Assembly (NCBI GenBank): GCA_965215265.1
Contig: OZ244048.1
Coordinates: 768,001-832,000, forward strand
From: Candidatus Poribacteria bacterium
GTDB taxonomy: Bacteria; Poribacteria; WGA-4E; WGA-3G
Direction of reading: 5' to 3'
DNA: 64,000 bases
Under the pieces are notes generated by a model. The model was not told where the DNA came from and did no database searches. It saw only the letters and a list, made by a program, of their open reading frames with translations. This document shows, in pieces, positions 1-9,212 of the stretch. The translations under genes were made by a program, and so were the position numbers. The stretch's first letter is position 1. Every line of letters starts with the position of its first letter.

Positions 1-605
1 TCATGCGGGTCGAAGAAATCCACCCAGAGGAAGAAGGGACCCGAGCGGTAATTTTCCTCTAACCATCGAATTGTGGTTTCCGACGTTCTGCCGGAGAACG
101 TTTCAGCCTCATACTGATAATAGCGGTTTGTCCACCGGTGTGTATTAGGCAAGGTATTGCCCCTGAATGAAGGGTGGGGTCGCGTTTTCTCATCTGGCAT
201 GACAGTTTGAATCGGGTCATTGAGATGCAGTAACGGTTTATCGCCTTCTTGCCCACGGTGTTGGAACGCGGCATCAAATCCGTGTTGGAACCGTGTGTTG
301 AAAAGATGCGGACAATCACAGATGAGCTGCGTAGCATAACCCTGCGCGCTTAGCAATTGTGCGATATGGTTCGGGCCACTCTGATCGATCGGTTGCCATG
401 GGTAGTGTGGCCATCCGACCGTTCCGGTGGCAACATCTGTGCGATGCGGAACCGTCGGAAAGCTGCTCATATAGAATTTGTCAATAGCAGTTGCGCGCTC
501 TGCCTCAAATCTATCCAGCTGCGGGGTCCGAATCGGCCGCTCCGCCCGTTCTCCTAAATTGTCATAGCGGAATGTATCTGTAATCAACAAAATGATGTTT
601 TTCAT
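1..605 (-). CDS. Sulfatase/alkaline-phosphatase superfamily hydrolase (runs off the window start; not in the ORF track)
   Basis: Manual translation from ATG 605: MKNIILLITDTFRYDNLG...IRTPQLDRF...SSFPTVPHRTDVATG...PFFLWVDFFDPH; upstream AAGGAGG. Confidence 0.85.
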   Translation of the reverse strand, partial: MKNIILLITDTFRYDNLGERAERPIRTPQLDRFEAERATAIDKFYMSSFPTVPHRTDVATGTVGWPHYPWQPIDQSGPNHIAQLLSAQGYATQLICDCPHLFNTRFQHGFDAAFQHRGQEGDKPLLHLNDPIQTVMPDEKTRPHPSFRGNTLPNTHRWTNRYYQYEAETFSGRTSETTIRWLEENYRSGPFFLWVDFFDPH

Positions 606-707
606 AATTTTCGTGTTTTTGCCTCCTTATTTTGTATAGTGGCGTACCCTGCGGGTTTTTGTCATGTTAAAGTCCCTATAGATTTCGTCACCGGCGGATA
701 AACTGAT

Positions 708-1634
708 TCAGACCTCCTGTTGTGTTGTTTGTAACAGAAATGTTGTTACCACAAGTAGTGTCACAATTACTGCGGCGGCCACGGTAATAGAGAGCTGCGT
801 AGCGATGAAGCATGGAAAAAAGAGAATTGAACCAATCATTGAACCCTTTAACGCGAAATAGCCATTTTTTTCATTGGGCTGGAGATAGAGCGGGATGCGG
901 GTTGCAATCGTAGCAACAATGCCCAAAACCACCCAAATGGCATAAGAACTGTGAGCAAGCGGTTGTTCTACCCAGTATGGTAGCAACGCGACAGCGAATG
1001 CTACTACTGTTGCTGTCGCAGATAGGATTAACGCCGCTCGGATGCCGAGTTGAAGCGGTGTTGTGGTGATGCCGAGTTGCTTATCGCGCGAAAGATCTTT
1101 GAAAGTCGTTGTAATGTGCGTGCCGAAGTCGTAAAGTGTCGTTGCACCGAATGCGTACCATACCAAGCGCGGGACCTCGCCGCTCACAACCAGTGCCCCG
1201 AAGATATTTAACAGTCCAATCCCTAAAGGCAGGGTAAGACTCCCTAAGATACCGCGCGCTTTGAAAATGGCATTATAGAGATGCGAAATTGCGACCAGGC
1301 CCATCACTAAAAGTCCGGCTTTGAAGTTCAGCCAAAAGCCGATTAAGACACAGACACCGTAGATAATGCTCGCAGGTATCATTACCTGCCGCGGGGTTAA
1401 CCGCTGAGACGGGAGCGGACGCTCTGGGTTCGTCAAACTATCTGTTTCACGGTGGAAGTAATCATTTTTCATCATTCCGGCGAAGTAACCGCATAGTGCG
1501 ATCAGCAACGCTACTGCTACACGCCACGTGAAACTTCCTTCGCTTGCAATGAGTGCACCTGGCAGTGTAGCCACTATCGGAATCGCAAAGAGCGGATAGC
1601 GGATGAGTTCTAGATAGGCTTTGAATCGATGCAT
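708..1634 (-). CDS. UbiA-family prenyltransferase
   Basis: NDYFHRETD...PERPLPS first motif, multiple TM helices, second motif TTFKDLSRDKQLG. Confidence 0.85.
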   Translation of the reverse strand: MHRFKAYLELIRYPLFAIPIVATLPGALIASEGSFTWRVAVALLIALCGYFAGMMKNDYFHRETDSLTNPERPLPSQRLTPRQVMIPASIIYGVCVLIGFWLNFKAGLLVMGLVAISHLYNAIFKARGILGSLTLPLGIGLLNIFGALVVSGEVPRLVWYAFGATTLYDFGTHITTTFKDLSRDKQLGITTTPLQLGIRAALILSATATVVAFAVALLPYWVEQPLAHSSYAIWVVLGIVATIATRIPLYLQPNEKNGYFALKGSMIGSILFFPCFIATQLSITVAAAVIVTLLVVTTFLLQTTQQEV

Positions 1635-1702
1635 TTTTTTTACAAGATACAGATATAAATGACGCTGAAAAATCCTATAGGGAAGTAGGTGGTTCCGTTT
1701 AT

Positions 1703-2719
1703 CTAGAAGTTCTCTTGTTGGATCCCTGCTTCTGAGACGCGCGTGGTTCTCGGGTCTAAAGTCTCATCAACACTATAAAATTGATTGCTTTGGGTACCTA
1801 TAGCAAGTTCCGTGACATTGGGGCCAACCTGCTTGTTCCCACTGATAAAATTGTCCCGGAGCCTTCCACCATCATAGACTGCCCATCCGACGTTCATTGT
1901 GATATTGTTAGAAGTAATCTCCGGTGAAGCAGTGGAATAACAGACGATGGCGTGTTGGTAATTTGCACGGATCTCGTTGTAAAAGATACGCGGGCGGGAA
2001 TCATCCTCGCAAATGATGCCGTACTCGTTAGCTGCGAAAGCGTTGTGTTCGATTTGTGGTGCGGACGAACCGCGAAATTGCATCCCTGTTCCGTTCCTAT
2101 TGAACTCGTTATTGGTAATAGTCGGATTACTATTTTCACACAGTATGCCTATATTATTGATGCTGAAGAGACACCTCTCAATCTGAACTGTATCCGCGCC
2201 GATCGTAATACCGGCAGTAGCATGTTGGATTCGACAATACGTTAGACGGCTGTTCGGGCTCTGCGGGTCGATCTGAATGCCGGCCCAATCACCTGCCTTT
2301 GGGGGTACCGCGGTTGTCGTTAAAGTTGCTTCTGCCATTGCTGCGGGGACGGTTGCTGATTCTGTTTCAGTTTCCGGAAGAGGCTCCTGTTTTCCTAAGG
2401 AACCGAAGACTATCATCAAGTCCGGAGATCCTTCTGCGTAGAGTTCACCTTGCACAAGAAGTTGACTCGGGGCCTCCAACGGCTCAAAACCGACGATAGT
2501 TCCGGAACGGATAGTCAACGTTATACCTTGTGGCACAATTACGGTGCCGGTAATGTACACTCGACCGTCCCATACTTCATTTTCTGTCAATTCCCCAGAT
2601 TTCTCCACGATAGCTGAACTTCCAGCCATAGAATCAAAATTGAACGCGCTGCCTTGACATCCGAAATGGAAACAGGTTAGGGCAAAGGTCAAGATGATTT
2701 TTACTGTTGCTCTTTTCAT
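1703..2719 (-). CDS. Exported right-handed beta-helix (NosD/PbH1-repeat) protein, probable lipoprotein
   Basis: Signal peptide with FGC; repeated N-x-x-GI-x-C / P-x-I-x-x-N-x-F/I units. Confidence 0.7.
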   Translation of the reverse strand: MKRATVKIILTFALTCFHFGCQGSAFNFDSMAGSSAIVEKSGELTENEVWDGRVYITGTVIVPQGITLTIRSGTIVGFEPLEAPSQLLVQGELYAEGSPDLMIVFGSLGKQEPLPETETESATVPAAMAEATLTTTAVPPKAGDWAGIQIDPQSPNSRLTYCRIQHATAGITIGADTVQIERCLFSINNIGILCENSNPTITNNEFNRNGTGMQFRGSSAPQIEHNAFAANEYGIICEDDSRPRIFYNEIRANYQHAIVCYSTASPEITSNNITMNVGWAVYDGGRLRDNFISGNKQVGPNVTELAIGTQSNQFYSVDETLDPRTTRVSEAGIQQENF

Positions 2720-2864
2720 AGTAGTTTAATGATGCTTATAAAATATTTTTGAGACGTTTATAAGCCCTTTCTAAAGTTGCTCTTTTCATAATAACTTCAT
2801 GATACCGCAAAAGATAGTTTTGTTCAAGAGTTTTGACAGAAGTTTTTGTTAACTGCGAAAAAAT

Positions 2865-2893
2865 TTGACATTCTAGATAAAATTTGCTATAAT
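2865..2893 (+). promoter_or_regulatory. Sigma-70 promoter of ffh
   Basis: TTGACA-17 nt-TATAAT with extended TG. Confidence 0.8.
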
Positions 2894-2959
2894 ATTATAA
2901 TTAGAAATAACTGTGCAGTTTTATAACGCAAGTGCCAACATACAAAGGATACCCTTCCG

Positions 2960-4348
2960 ATGTTTGAGAGTTTAAGCAATAGATTGCAAAACACTTTAAA
3001 AAAACTAAAAGGACAAGGGCGTTTAACAGAGAGTAATATCTCGGATGCCCTGCGTGATGTCCGGCGCGCACTTCTGGAAGCAGATGTTAACTATAAAGTC
3101 ACACGTGAGTTTATAGAGCAGGTCAAAGCACGTTCTCTTGGCCAAGAGGTGTTGGGCAGTCTCACTCCTGAGCTCCAAATTGCCCGCGTAATTGGGGAAG
3201 AGTTAACCCAATTGATGGGTGCTGAAGCAGAAAAGATCTGTGTTGCACCCAGCGGTCCAACCGTTGTGATGCTCGTTGGACTGCAAGGTGCAGGCAAAAC
3301 CACAGTTGCTGCGAAATTGGCACTCAAATTTCGCAAAGAGGGACGCAACCCATTACTAGCTGCCGCCGATGTTTACCGTCCGGCTGCTATTAAGCAGCTG
3401 CAGGTACTTGGTGAACAGACTGGAACCCCCGTTTTTTCAATGGGTACGGATGTCTCTCCAGTTAATATTGCAAAGGCATCGGTCAAAGAGGCATTGGTGC
3501 GCGGGCAGAACTGTGTAATTGTAGACACAGCGGGCCGCTTACACATTAATGAAGAATTAATGGGCGAACTGTGCGGTATCAAGGAAGCAGTGAAGCCCTC
3601 AGAAATCTTACTCGTGGTTGATGCAATGACCGGGCAAGATGCCGTAAATGTTGCAGAGCACTTCAACACCGAATTGGATATTGATGGGGTTATCCTCACA
3701 AAAATGGATGGCGATGCCCGCGGTGGCGCGGCTCTCTCTATTCGTCACATTACGCAGAAGCCGATTAAGTTTATCGGGGTCGGTGAGAAAATTGAGGCAG
3801 CGGCATTAGAAGAGTTTCATCCAGAACGGATGGCATCACGTATTCTAGGTCAGGGCGATTTTCAGACGCTGCTCGAAAGAGCAGAAGAGGTTTTCACTGA
3901 AGACCAGGCAAAAGCACTCGAGCGAAAACTCACAGAGAATAAAGGCCTAGATTTTAATGATTTTCTCACGCAGCTTGACCAAATTAGAAATATGGGACCC
4001 TTGGAACAGTTGATGGATATGATTCCGTTTAAAAATCAATTGCCTGTCAAGGATCTCAAGTCTGATGAGAGTCAACTCAAGTACGCAAAAGCGATTATCC
4101 AATCAATGACCCCCGAGGAACGTCAGAGCCCGTCTCTGTTAAATAGGAGCCGGAAAATCCGAATTTCCAAGGGCAGTGGCACAACGGTCAATCAGGTAAA
4201 TAATTTAATAACTCAACTTCGGATGATGAACCGTATGTTAAACCAGCAGACAGCGATGGCGATGCCGCAAATGCGGGCAAAAGTTGGAGCACTACCTCGC
4301 TCGAATCGTAAAGGGAGAAAGCCCCGGCGACGCAAACGCCGCAGATAA
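2960..4348 (+). CDS. ffh: Signal recognition particle protein Ffh
   Basis: GLQGAGKTT, DTAGR and TKMDGDARGG motifs; Met-rich M domain. Confidence 0.98.
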   Translation: MFESLSNRLQNTLKKLKGQGRLTESNISDALRDVRRALLEADVNYKVTREFIEQVKARSLGQEVLGSLTPELQIARVIGEELTQLMGAEAEKICVAPSGPTVVMLVGLQGAGKTTVAAKLALKFRKEGRNPLLAAADVYRPAAIKQLQVLGEQTGTPVFSMGTDVSPVNIAKASVKEALVRGQNCVIVDTAGRLHINEELMGELCGIKEAVKPSEILLVVDAMTGQDAVNVAEHFNTELDIDGVILTKMDGDARGGAALSIRHITQKPIKFIGVGEKIEAAALEEFHPERMASRILGQGDFQTLLERAEEVFTEDQAKALERKLTENKGLDFNDFLTQLDQIRNMGPLEQLMDMIPFKNQLPVKDLKSDESQLKYAKAIIQSMTPEERQSPSLLNRSRKIRISKGSGTTVNQVNNLITQLRMMNRMLNQQTAMAMPQMRAKVGALPRSNRKGRKPRRRKRRR

Positions 4349-4405
4349 CGAAACCCCTTGCAGCAGCTCGCTTTGTTCGCACACACGGATACTAGGAGGT
4401 ATTTT

Positions 4406-4786
4406 TTGGCAGTTAGAATTAGATTACAACGGCACGGCAGAAAGAAACGGCCTTTTTATAAACTGGTCGCCGCTGATGCACGTGCACAAAGAGATGGTGC
4501 TTTTTTAGAGCATCTCGGGCATTACAATCCCATAACCGAGCCGGCCGACGTTTTCATTGATGAAGAGAAAGCCTTAAAATGGCTCAGAAATGGGGCACAA
4601 CCTTCCGACACTGCAAAACGGTTGCTTTCTAAGCAGGGAATCTGGAAGAAATTTACCTATGAGAAACTTGGGAAACCTTTGCCTGAAACTGAAGATGCAG
4701 AAGAACCGAATGAAGACGTTCAAACCGGAGATACCGAAACGGATGTCTTGCTCACAGAAGCAGCCCCGGAACCAGAAACAGAGTAA
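4406..4786 (+). CDS. rpsP: 30S ribosomal protein S16 with acidic C-terminal extension
   Basis: TTG start after AGGAGGT; [17 protein letters not shown]...[12 protein letters not shown]. Confidence 0.95.
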   Translation: MAVRIRLQRHGRKKRPFYKLVAADARAQRDGAFLEHLGHYNPITEPADVFIDEEKALKWLRNGAQPSDTAKRLLSKQGIWKKFTYEKLGKPLPETEDAEEPNEDVQTGDTETDVLLTEAAPEPETE

Positions 4787-4996
4787 AAACTTTCGCACGT
4801 CTCATCAACTTCAATGACTTTTTTCGTAAGAGAGCTGAGCTCAATTTAAGCAACAAATTATAAGGGCGCTTGCCCGCACCTGCCCGTTCGGGGTAAGCAT
4901 TCCAAAGTTATTATCGAAATGGCAAAAAGACCTTCACATGATGCACTGAGGATGTTAAACGCCAAACTCGCCTGATCGATAACTTATAGAAAAAAT

Positions 4997-5278
4997 ATGT
5001 TCAAAAATTTGATTGAATACATCGTAAAAGCGCTCGTTGATTATCCAGATCAGGTAGTGGTTCAAGAAATAACTGGCGAAACCGTAGTTATTATTGAATT
5101 GACGGTGAGTGACGAAGATTTAGGGAAAGTCATCGGTAGATATGGACGAACACTTAAAGCAATAAGAAGCGTACTCTATACTGCGGGATTGCGTGCCAAT
5201 AAAAAAGTCATTCTTGAATTGATTGAATCCGCTGAGCCGGAAGAAGCACTCGCTGATGGCGCGCAACATGAAGATTGA
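4997..5278 (+). CDS. khpA: KH-domain RNA-binding protein KhpA
   Basis: DLGKVIGRYGRTLKAIR; conserved position after rpsP. Confidence 0.9.
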   Translation: MFKNLIEYIVKALVDYPDQVVVQEITGETVVIIELTVSDEDLGKVIGRYGRTLKAIRSVLYTAGLRANKKVILELIESAEPEEALADGAQHED

Positions 5279-5987
5279 TATCCTCGCTCTATTCCCAGAG
5301 ATAATCGCCCCAGCATTGCAAACAGGTATCCTGAGGCGTGCTGAAGCGGCAAATAAACTCACCGTCAACCTCTATAATCTTCGAAGTTGGGCGACGGATA
5401 AACATCAATCCGTTGATGATTATCCTTACGGCGGCGGGGCAGGCATGATTCTCAAACCGGAACCTATCTGGGCGGCAGTTAAGGAATTAAATCCGCAGGC
5501 GACTGCACATATTATATACATGACCCCCCAAGGCAAACCGTTGACGCAGGCCCTTGTGGAGTTATTGTCCTTGGAAACGCACCTCATACTTTTATGTGGA
5601 CGTTACAAAGGGATTGATGAACGTGTCCGCCATAAACTGATAAAAACCGAAATTTCAATCGGTGATTATGTCTTAAGCGGCGGTGAAATTGCTGCGCTTG
5701 TCTTAATTGATGCCATGGCACGTGTGCTCCCAGGCGTACTCGGCGATTACGAATCGGCACAAGTGGATTCGTTTAGCCATGAGCTGCTTGATCATCCGCA
5801 TTACACGCGCCCAGCTGTCTTTGATGGAATGAGCGTACCAGAGGTGCTTTTAAGTGGGAATCACGAAAACATTCAAAAGTGGCGCTATGCCGAGGCACTG
5901 AGGCGGACAGCAAAACGCCGTCCCGAGCTCGTTCACAAACTTGAGCTCACCGAAGACGATATCGCCATTCTTGAACAGCTGGATTGA
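5268..5987 (+). CDS. trmD: tRNA (guanine37-N1)-methyltransferase
   Basis: MKIDILALFPE, VDDYPYGGGAGM, SIGDYVLSGGE, VPEVLLSGNH. Confidence 0.97.
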   Translation: MKIDILALFPEIIAPALQTGILRRAEAANKLTVNLYNLRSWATDKHQSVDDYPYGGGAGMILKPEPIWAAVKELNPQATAHIIYMTPQGKPLTQALVELLSLETHLILLCGRYKGIDERVRHKLIKTEISIGDYVLSGGEIAALVLIDAMARVLPGVLGDYESAQVDSFSHELLDHPHYTRPAVFDGMSVPEVLLSGNHENIQKWRYAEALRRTAKRRPELVHKLELTEDDIAILEQLD

Positions 5988-6105
5988 TACACTAAAACAT
6001 CAATTTCTTATGAACTTCTGCCCTCTCCTTACGCATCCGTTAACGAACGATTGGGAACGCAGCCGGGCAGCCACTAACGCAACTGAGAATAAGGAGTAAT
6101 AAAAA

Positions 6106-6450
6106 ATGAACTTGATTGAGTCTGTTGAAAGTCAATATATAAAAAGTGACATTCCGGAGTTCGGAGCCGGAGATGTCATCCGGGTTAATACCCGCATCCG
6201 TGAAGGACAGAAAGAACGAATTCAGGCGTATGAAGGTACTGTGATTCGTCGTGCACACGGTGGGGCACGGGAGACGTTTACAGTCCGACGCATTGCCTTT
6301 GGCACCGGAAGCGAGCGAACATTTCCGCTTCACTCCCCCAATATTGAAAGCATTCAGGTGGTTCGATACGGGGCTGTCCGACGTGCAAAGCTGTACTACC
6401 TGCGCGAACGGACCGGTAGAGGGGCTCGTGTTAAAGAACGGAGAAGATAG
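6106..6450 (+). CDS. rplS: 50S ribosomal protein L19
   Basis: KERIQAYEG, TFTVRR, VRRAKLYYLR. Confidence 0.97.
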   Translation: MNLIESVESQYIKSDIPEFGAGDVIRVNTRIREGQKERIQAYEGTVIRRAHGGARETFTVRRIAFGTGSERTFPLHSPNIESIQVVRYGAVRRAKLYYLRERTGRGARVKERRR

Positions 6451-6633
6451 CAGGTCCCAAGGCACATAAGGCATTTAGTTTTACAAATTGGCTTTATCTG
6501 TGTGAATATTTTTTCTGACATTGCAGAAAACGCATATGATATCTCATAAAGACCTTATTTTGTAATCCCGAAAATTAGAAGCGAGAAAACTAAATCGCGC
6601 TGCAAGACACAAGGGTAGCAGGTTAAATTATCT

Positions 6634-7308
6634 TTGGCGAAAATCGGCAAGATGACGAAATTAACATATTTGTCACGTAGGCATATAAATCCAATTTTCA
6701 AATACAATGCTTTTGAGCAGGCTTGCCGGCAAGACGGTTATAAGCAAATTGCCGGTATTGATGAGGCAGGTCGTGGTGCCTTGGCAGGACCGGTCATCGC
6801 CGCTGCAGTGATTCTGCCACCTCTGCGGCAGATTAACGGTTTGCGGGATTCAAAGCAGCTCACAGTGATGCAACGTGAACGATTAGTCGATGAAATCCAA
6901 CAGACGGCTATCTCAGTCGGGATCGGTTCAGCTGACAGCGAAGCCATCGATCAGTCGAACATCTTAGAGGCAACGCTTTTAGCAATGCAGGAAGCAATTA
7001 CAAAACTCACCCCTCAGCCTGATTACCTCCTGGTCGATGGCTTGGATTTGCCGGAAACAGATATTGCAGGGCAGCCAATCGGCAAAGCAATCCCGAGAGG
7101 AGATCGTTTGAGCCCTTCCATCGCCGCAGCTTCCGTTATTGCCAAGGTCACGCGCGACCGGTTGATGGAGGAAAAATTCCATAGTACCTATCCCAACTAC
7201 GGGTTCCGGCAACACAAAGGGTATCCGACTGTGCAACATCGGCAGGCAATAGAAAAGTTTGGACCTTCACAGATCCACCGGCGCACCTTTAAACTGATTG
7301 CAGAGTGA
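6634..7308 (+). CDS. rnhB: Ribonuclease HII (start uncertain)
   Basis: GIDEAGRGALAGPV, DSKQL, SIAAASVIAKV, HKGYPT. Confidence 0.95.
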   Translation: MAKIGKMTKLTYLSRRHINPIFKYNAFEQACRQDGYKQIAGIDEAGRGALAGPVIAAAVILPPLRQINGLRDSKQLTVMQRERLVDEIQQTAISVGIGSADSEAIDQSNILEATLLAMQEAITKLTPQPDYLLVDGLDLPETDIAGQPIGKAIPRGDRLSPSIAAASVIAKVTRDRLMEEKFHSTYPNYGFRQHKGYPTVQHRQAIEKFGPSQIHRRTFKLIAE

Positions 7309-7550
7309 AAAAGAAAAATCACGCCATAAATTAATTGTAAGTGCGAATTTTAAGCATTTCCGCTATGTATCTAACAGTCTTTTGTCGATTAAAGCGATAG
7401 AGATTGCTTGATGTGAATGTTCACGCGCTTATCCGGTTAGAAACACTCGAGGCGGTAACCTCCAGCAAAATAGTTTCGAGATACTTCCTGCCAACGAGCC
7501 CTGAAGGCTTTAATCGATCCGGGCAAAGTTGCTCTTAACTGTCCAAAATG

Positions 7551-8378
7551 CTATGCATCCCAGTGTTCCAGCCCAAGGAGTCTCTTTCCTAGGGGTGTCA
7601 ATTCTGCGGTCTTGCCGTGGTAATGTTCTTTCTCTTTCTGCTCTTTTCCAAGTCCGGTTAGCCGTTCCTTCCAGCCCTCAATGCGGTGATTTCGCGCTTG
7701 CTCATTCGCATTTTGCGGTGCAGGTGACATTGTGATATATTGCGCCATACGCGGACGCTCAGCCGAGTTTGGGCTACTTCCGTGCGGTAACGCACTGTGC
7801 CAGATAACCAAATCACCTGCTTTTCCCTCAACAGGCACTGCCTCATGCTGGTAATCGCGAATAACTCTCCGCGGTTCTGCATCAGACGGCAGGTTCTTTA
7901 ACCAGTCTTCCAATTTTTTATGAAAACCCGGTATACACGTAAACGCTCCCTGATTGCCAGGCGTATCAGCAAGGTATAGAACACCTTGGACTTTTAAGCG
8001 AACTGGCATATTGTCCAGTGACATGTCCCAGTGCAGATAGGGCCCGGTGAACTTGCAGTCTGGACGCTCAGGCGGATTCATGCTCGCGCGGTCAAAGCTA
8101 ACCCAAAGTTTATCTGTCCCCCAAATCTCTGAGAACGCTTGATGCACGCGTGGATATTGGCGATTGTCCCATAAAGCCTGATGTTGATAGATTTCCACCA
8201 TGATGCTCTTTCTTGGCGGAGTCGGGTACCAACTCTCCGGATTGTCACGCTCCATCTCCAGGAAATCCCACACAGCTTGTTCGGCGGCACGGCAATTCTC
8301 AAACGGAACTGCTTCTCGGACAACAACGTACCCGTTTTCTTCCCAAAATTCGAGATCTTCTGTGTCAAAAACTGGCAT
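7551..8378 (-). CDS. Phytanoyl-CoA dioxygenase (PhyH) family 2OG-Fe(II) oxygenase
   Basis: FWEENGYVVV, LHWD (HxD), GDLVIWHSALPHGS...R. Confidence 0.85.
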   Translation of the reverse strand: MPVFDTEDLEFWEENGYVVVREAVPFENCRAAEQAVWDFLEMERDNPESWYPTPPRKSIMVEIYQHQALWDNRQYPRVHQAFSEIWGTDKLWVSFDRASMNPPERPDCKFTGPYLHWDMSLDNMPVRLKVQGVLYLADTPGNQGAFTCIPGFHKKLEDWLKNLPSDAEPRRVIRDYQHEAVPVEGKAGDLVIWHSALPHGSSPNSAERPRMAQYITMSPAPQNANEQARNHRIEGWKERLTGLGKEQKEKEHYHGKTAELTPLGKRLLGLEHWDA

Positions 8379-8628
8379 GAGTTTCTCCTTCTAAAATTAC
8401 GAAAAAGTGAGGTAGCAAAGTACTGAAGCTCAGATCTGCATGTCCCATCCTTGCTCTGTTTCATAGCCACCAAGTTACTGAAATTCTGCTACTTTATCTA
8501 GCCACAGATTATACGCCAAAAACGTGAAAAAGTCAAATTTTTAGGAAACGAAAGGAACCGTCCGCCATAAATGCCGTGCACCTCTATCCACGAAGAATTC
8601 TTGGGAACGATTTTTACGCTTGGTCTCC

Positions 8629-9012
8629 TTATTCCGGCGGTTGAAATTCGAACGCATTTTCAATCTGCTCAAGGTGTACTAATTGGCACTGCGGAGACAA
8701 TTGAATAGCAATGACATCAAAGCGGCATGGAGAATCTAATAGATTTTGCGTCTGTAGATATGCTAAGGCAATTTTAGAGAGCTGTCGTTGTTTATGAATT
8801 GTTACAGCGTCCTGAGGCAGACCAAATCTAAGACTGCGGCGCGTTTTTACTTCCACAAAAACGATCTGTTTGCCATCCATAGCCACCAGGTCAATTTCGC
8901 CACGTCCCCAACGGTAATTCTGCTCAATAATTTGGTACCCTCGAGCCTTAAGATGCGAGGCAGCTAATGATTCACCTATTTTTGAAATGTTTCGACGTGT
9001 CTGTTGTACCAT
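8629..9012 (-). CDS. yraN: YraN family (UPF0102) nuclease-like protein
   Basis: GESLAASHL...GEIDLVA...FVEVKTR...RFDVIAI. Confidence 0.9.
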   Translation of the reverse strand: MVQQTRRNISKIGESLAASHLKARGYQIIEQNYRWGRGEIDLVAMDGKQIVFVEVKTRRSLRFGLPQDAVTIHKQRQLSKIALAYLQTQNLLDSPCRFDVIAIQLSPQCQLVHLEQIENAFEFQPPE

Positions 9013-9212
9013 ATAAGACAGCCTAACATATTTCCAATTTTCAGGCAAATTTTGACAGGGGCCCGTACACTCCTTCAAGTCGTAGAGAATACAGTCCTGA
9101 ATACTTGCAAATTATCTCTGCAATGTGTTATTATTGTGTCAACGGTAAAGAAAAGCATATCAGGATAGGAAGCCTATATTTATTCGCCATCATGGAAAGA
9201 GAAATTTCGTAA

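Noticed and set aside
59-557. ORF-track ORFs 59-337 and 357-557
   Set aside because: They overlap the sulfatase-like frame (605 to window start), which the track missed because its stop lies outside the window.
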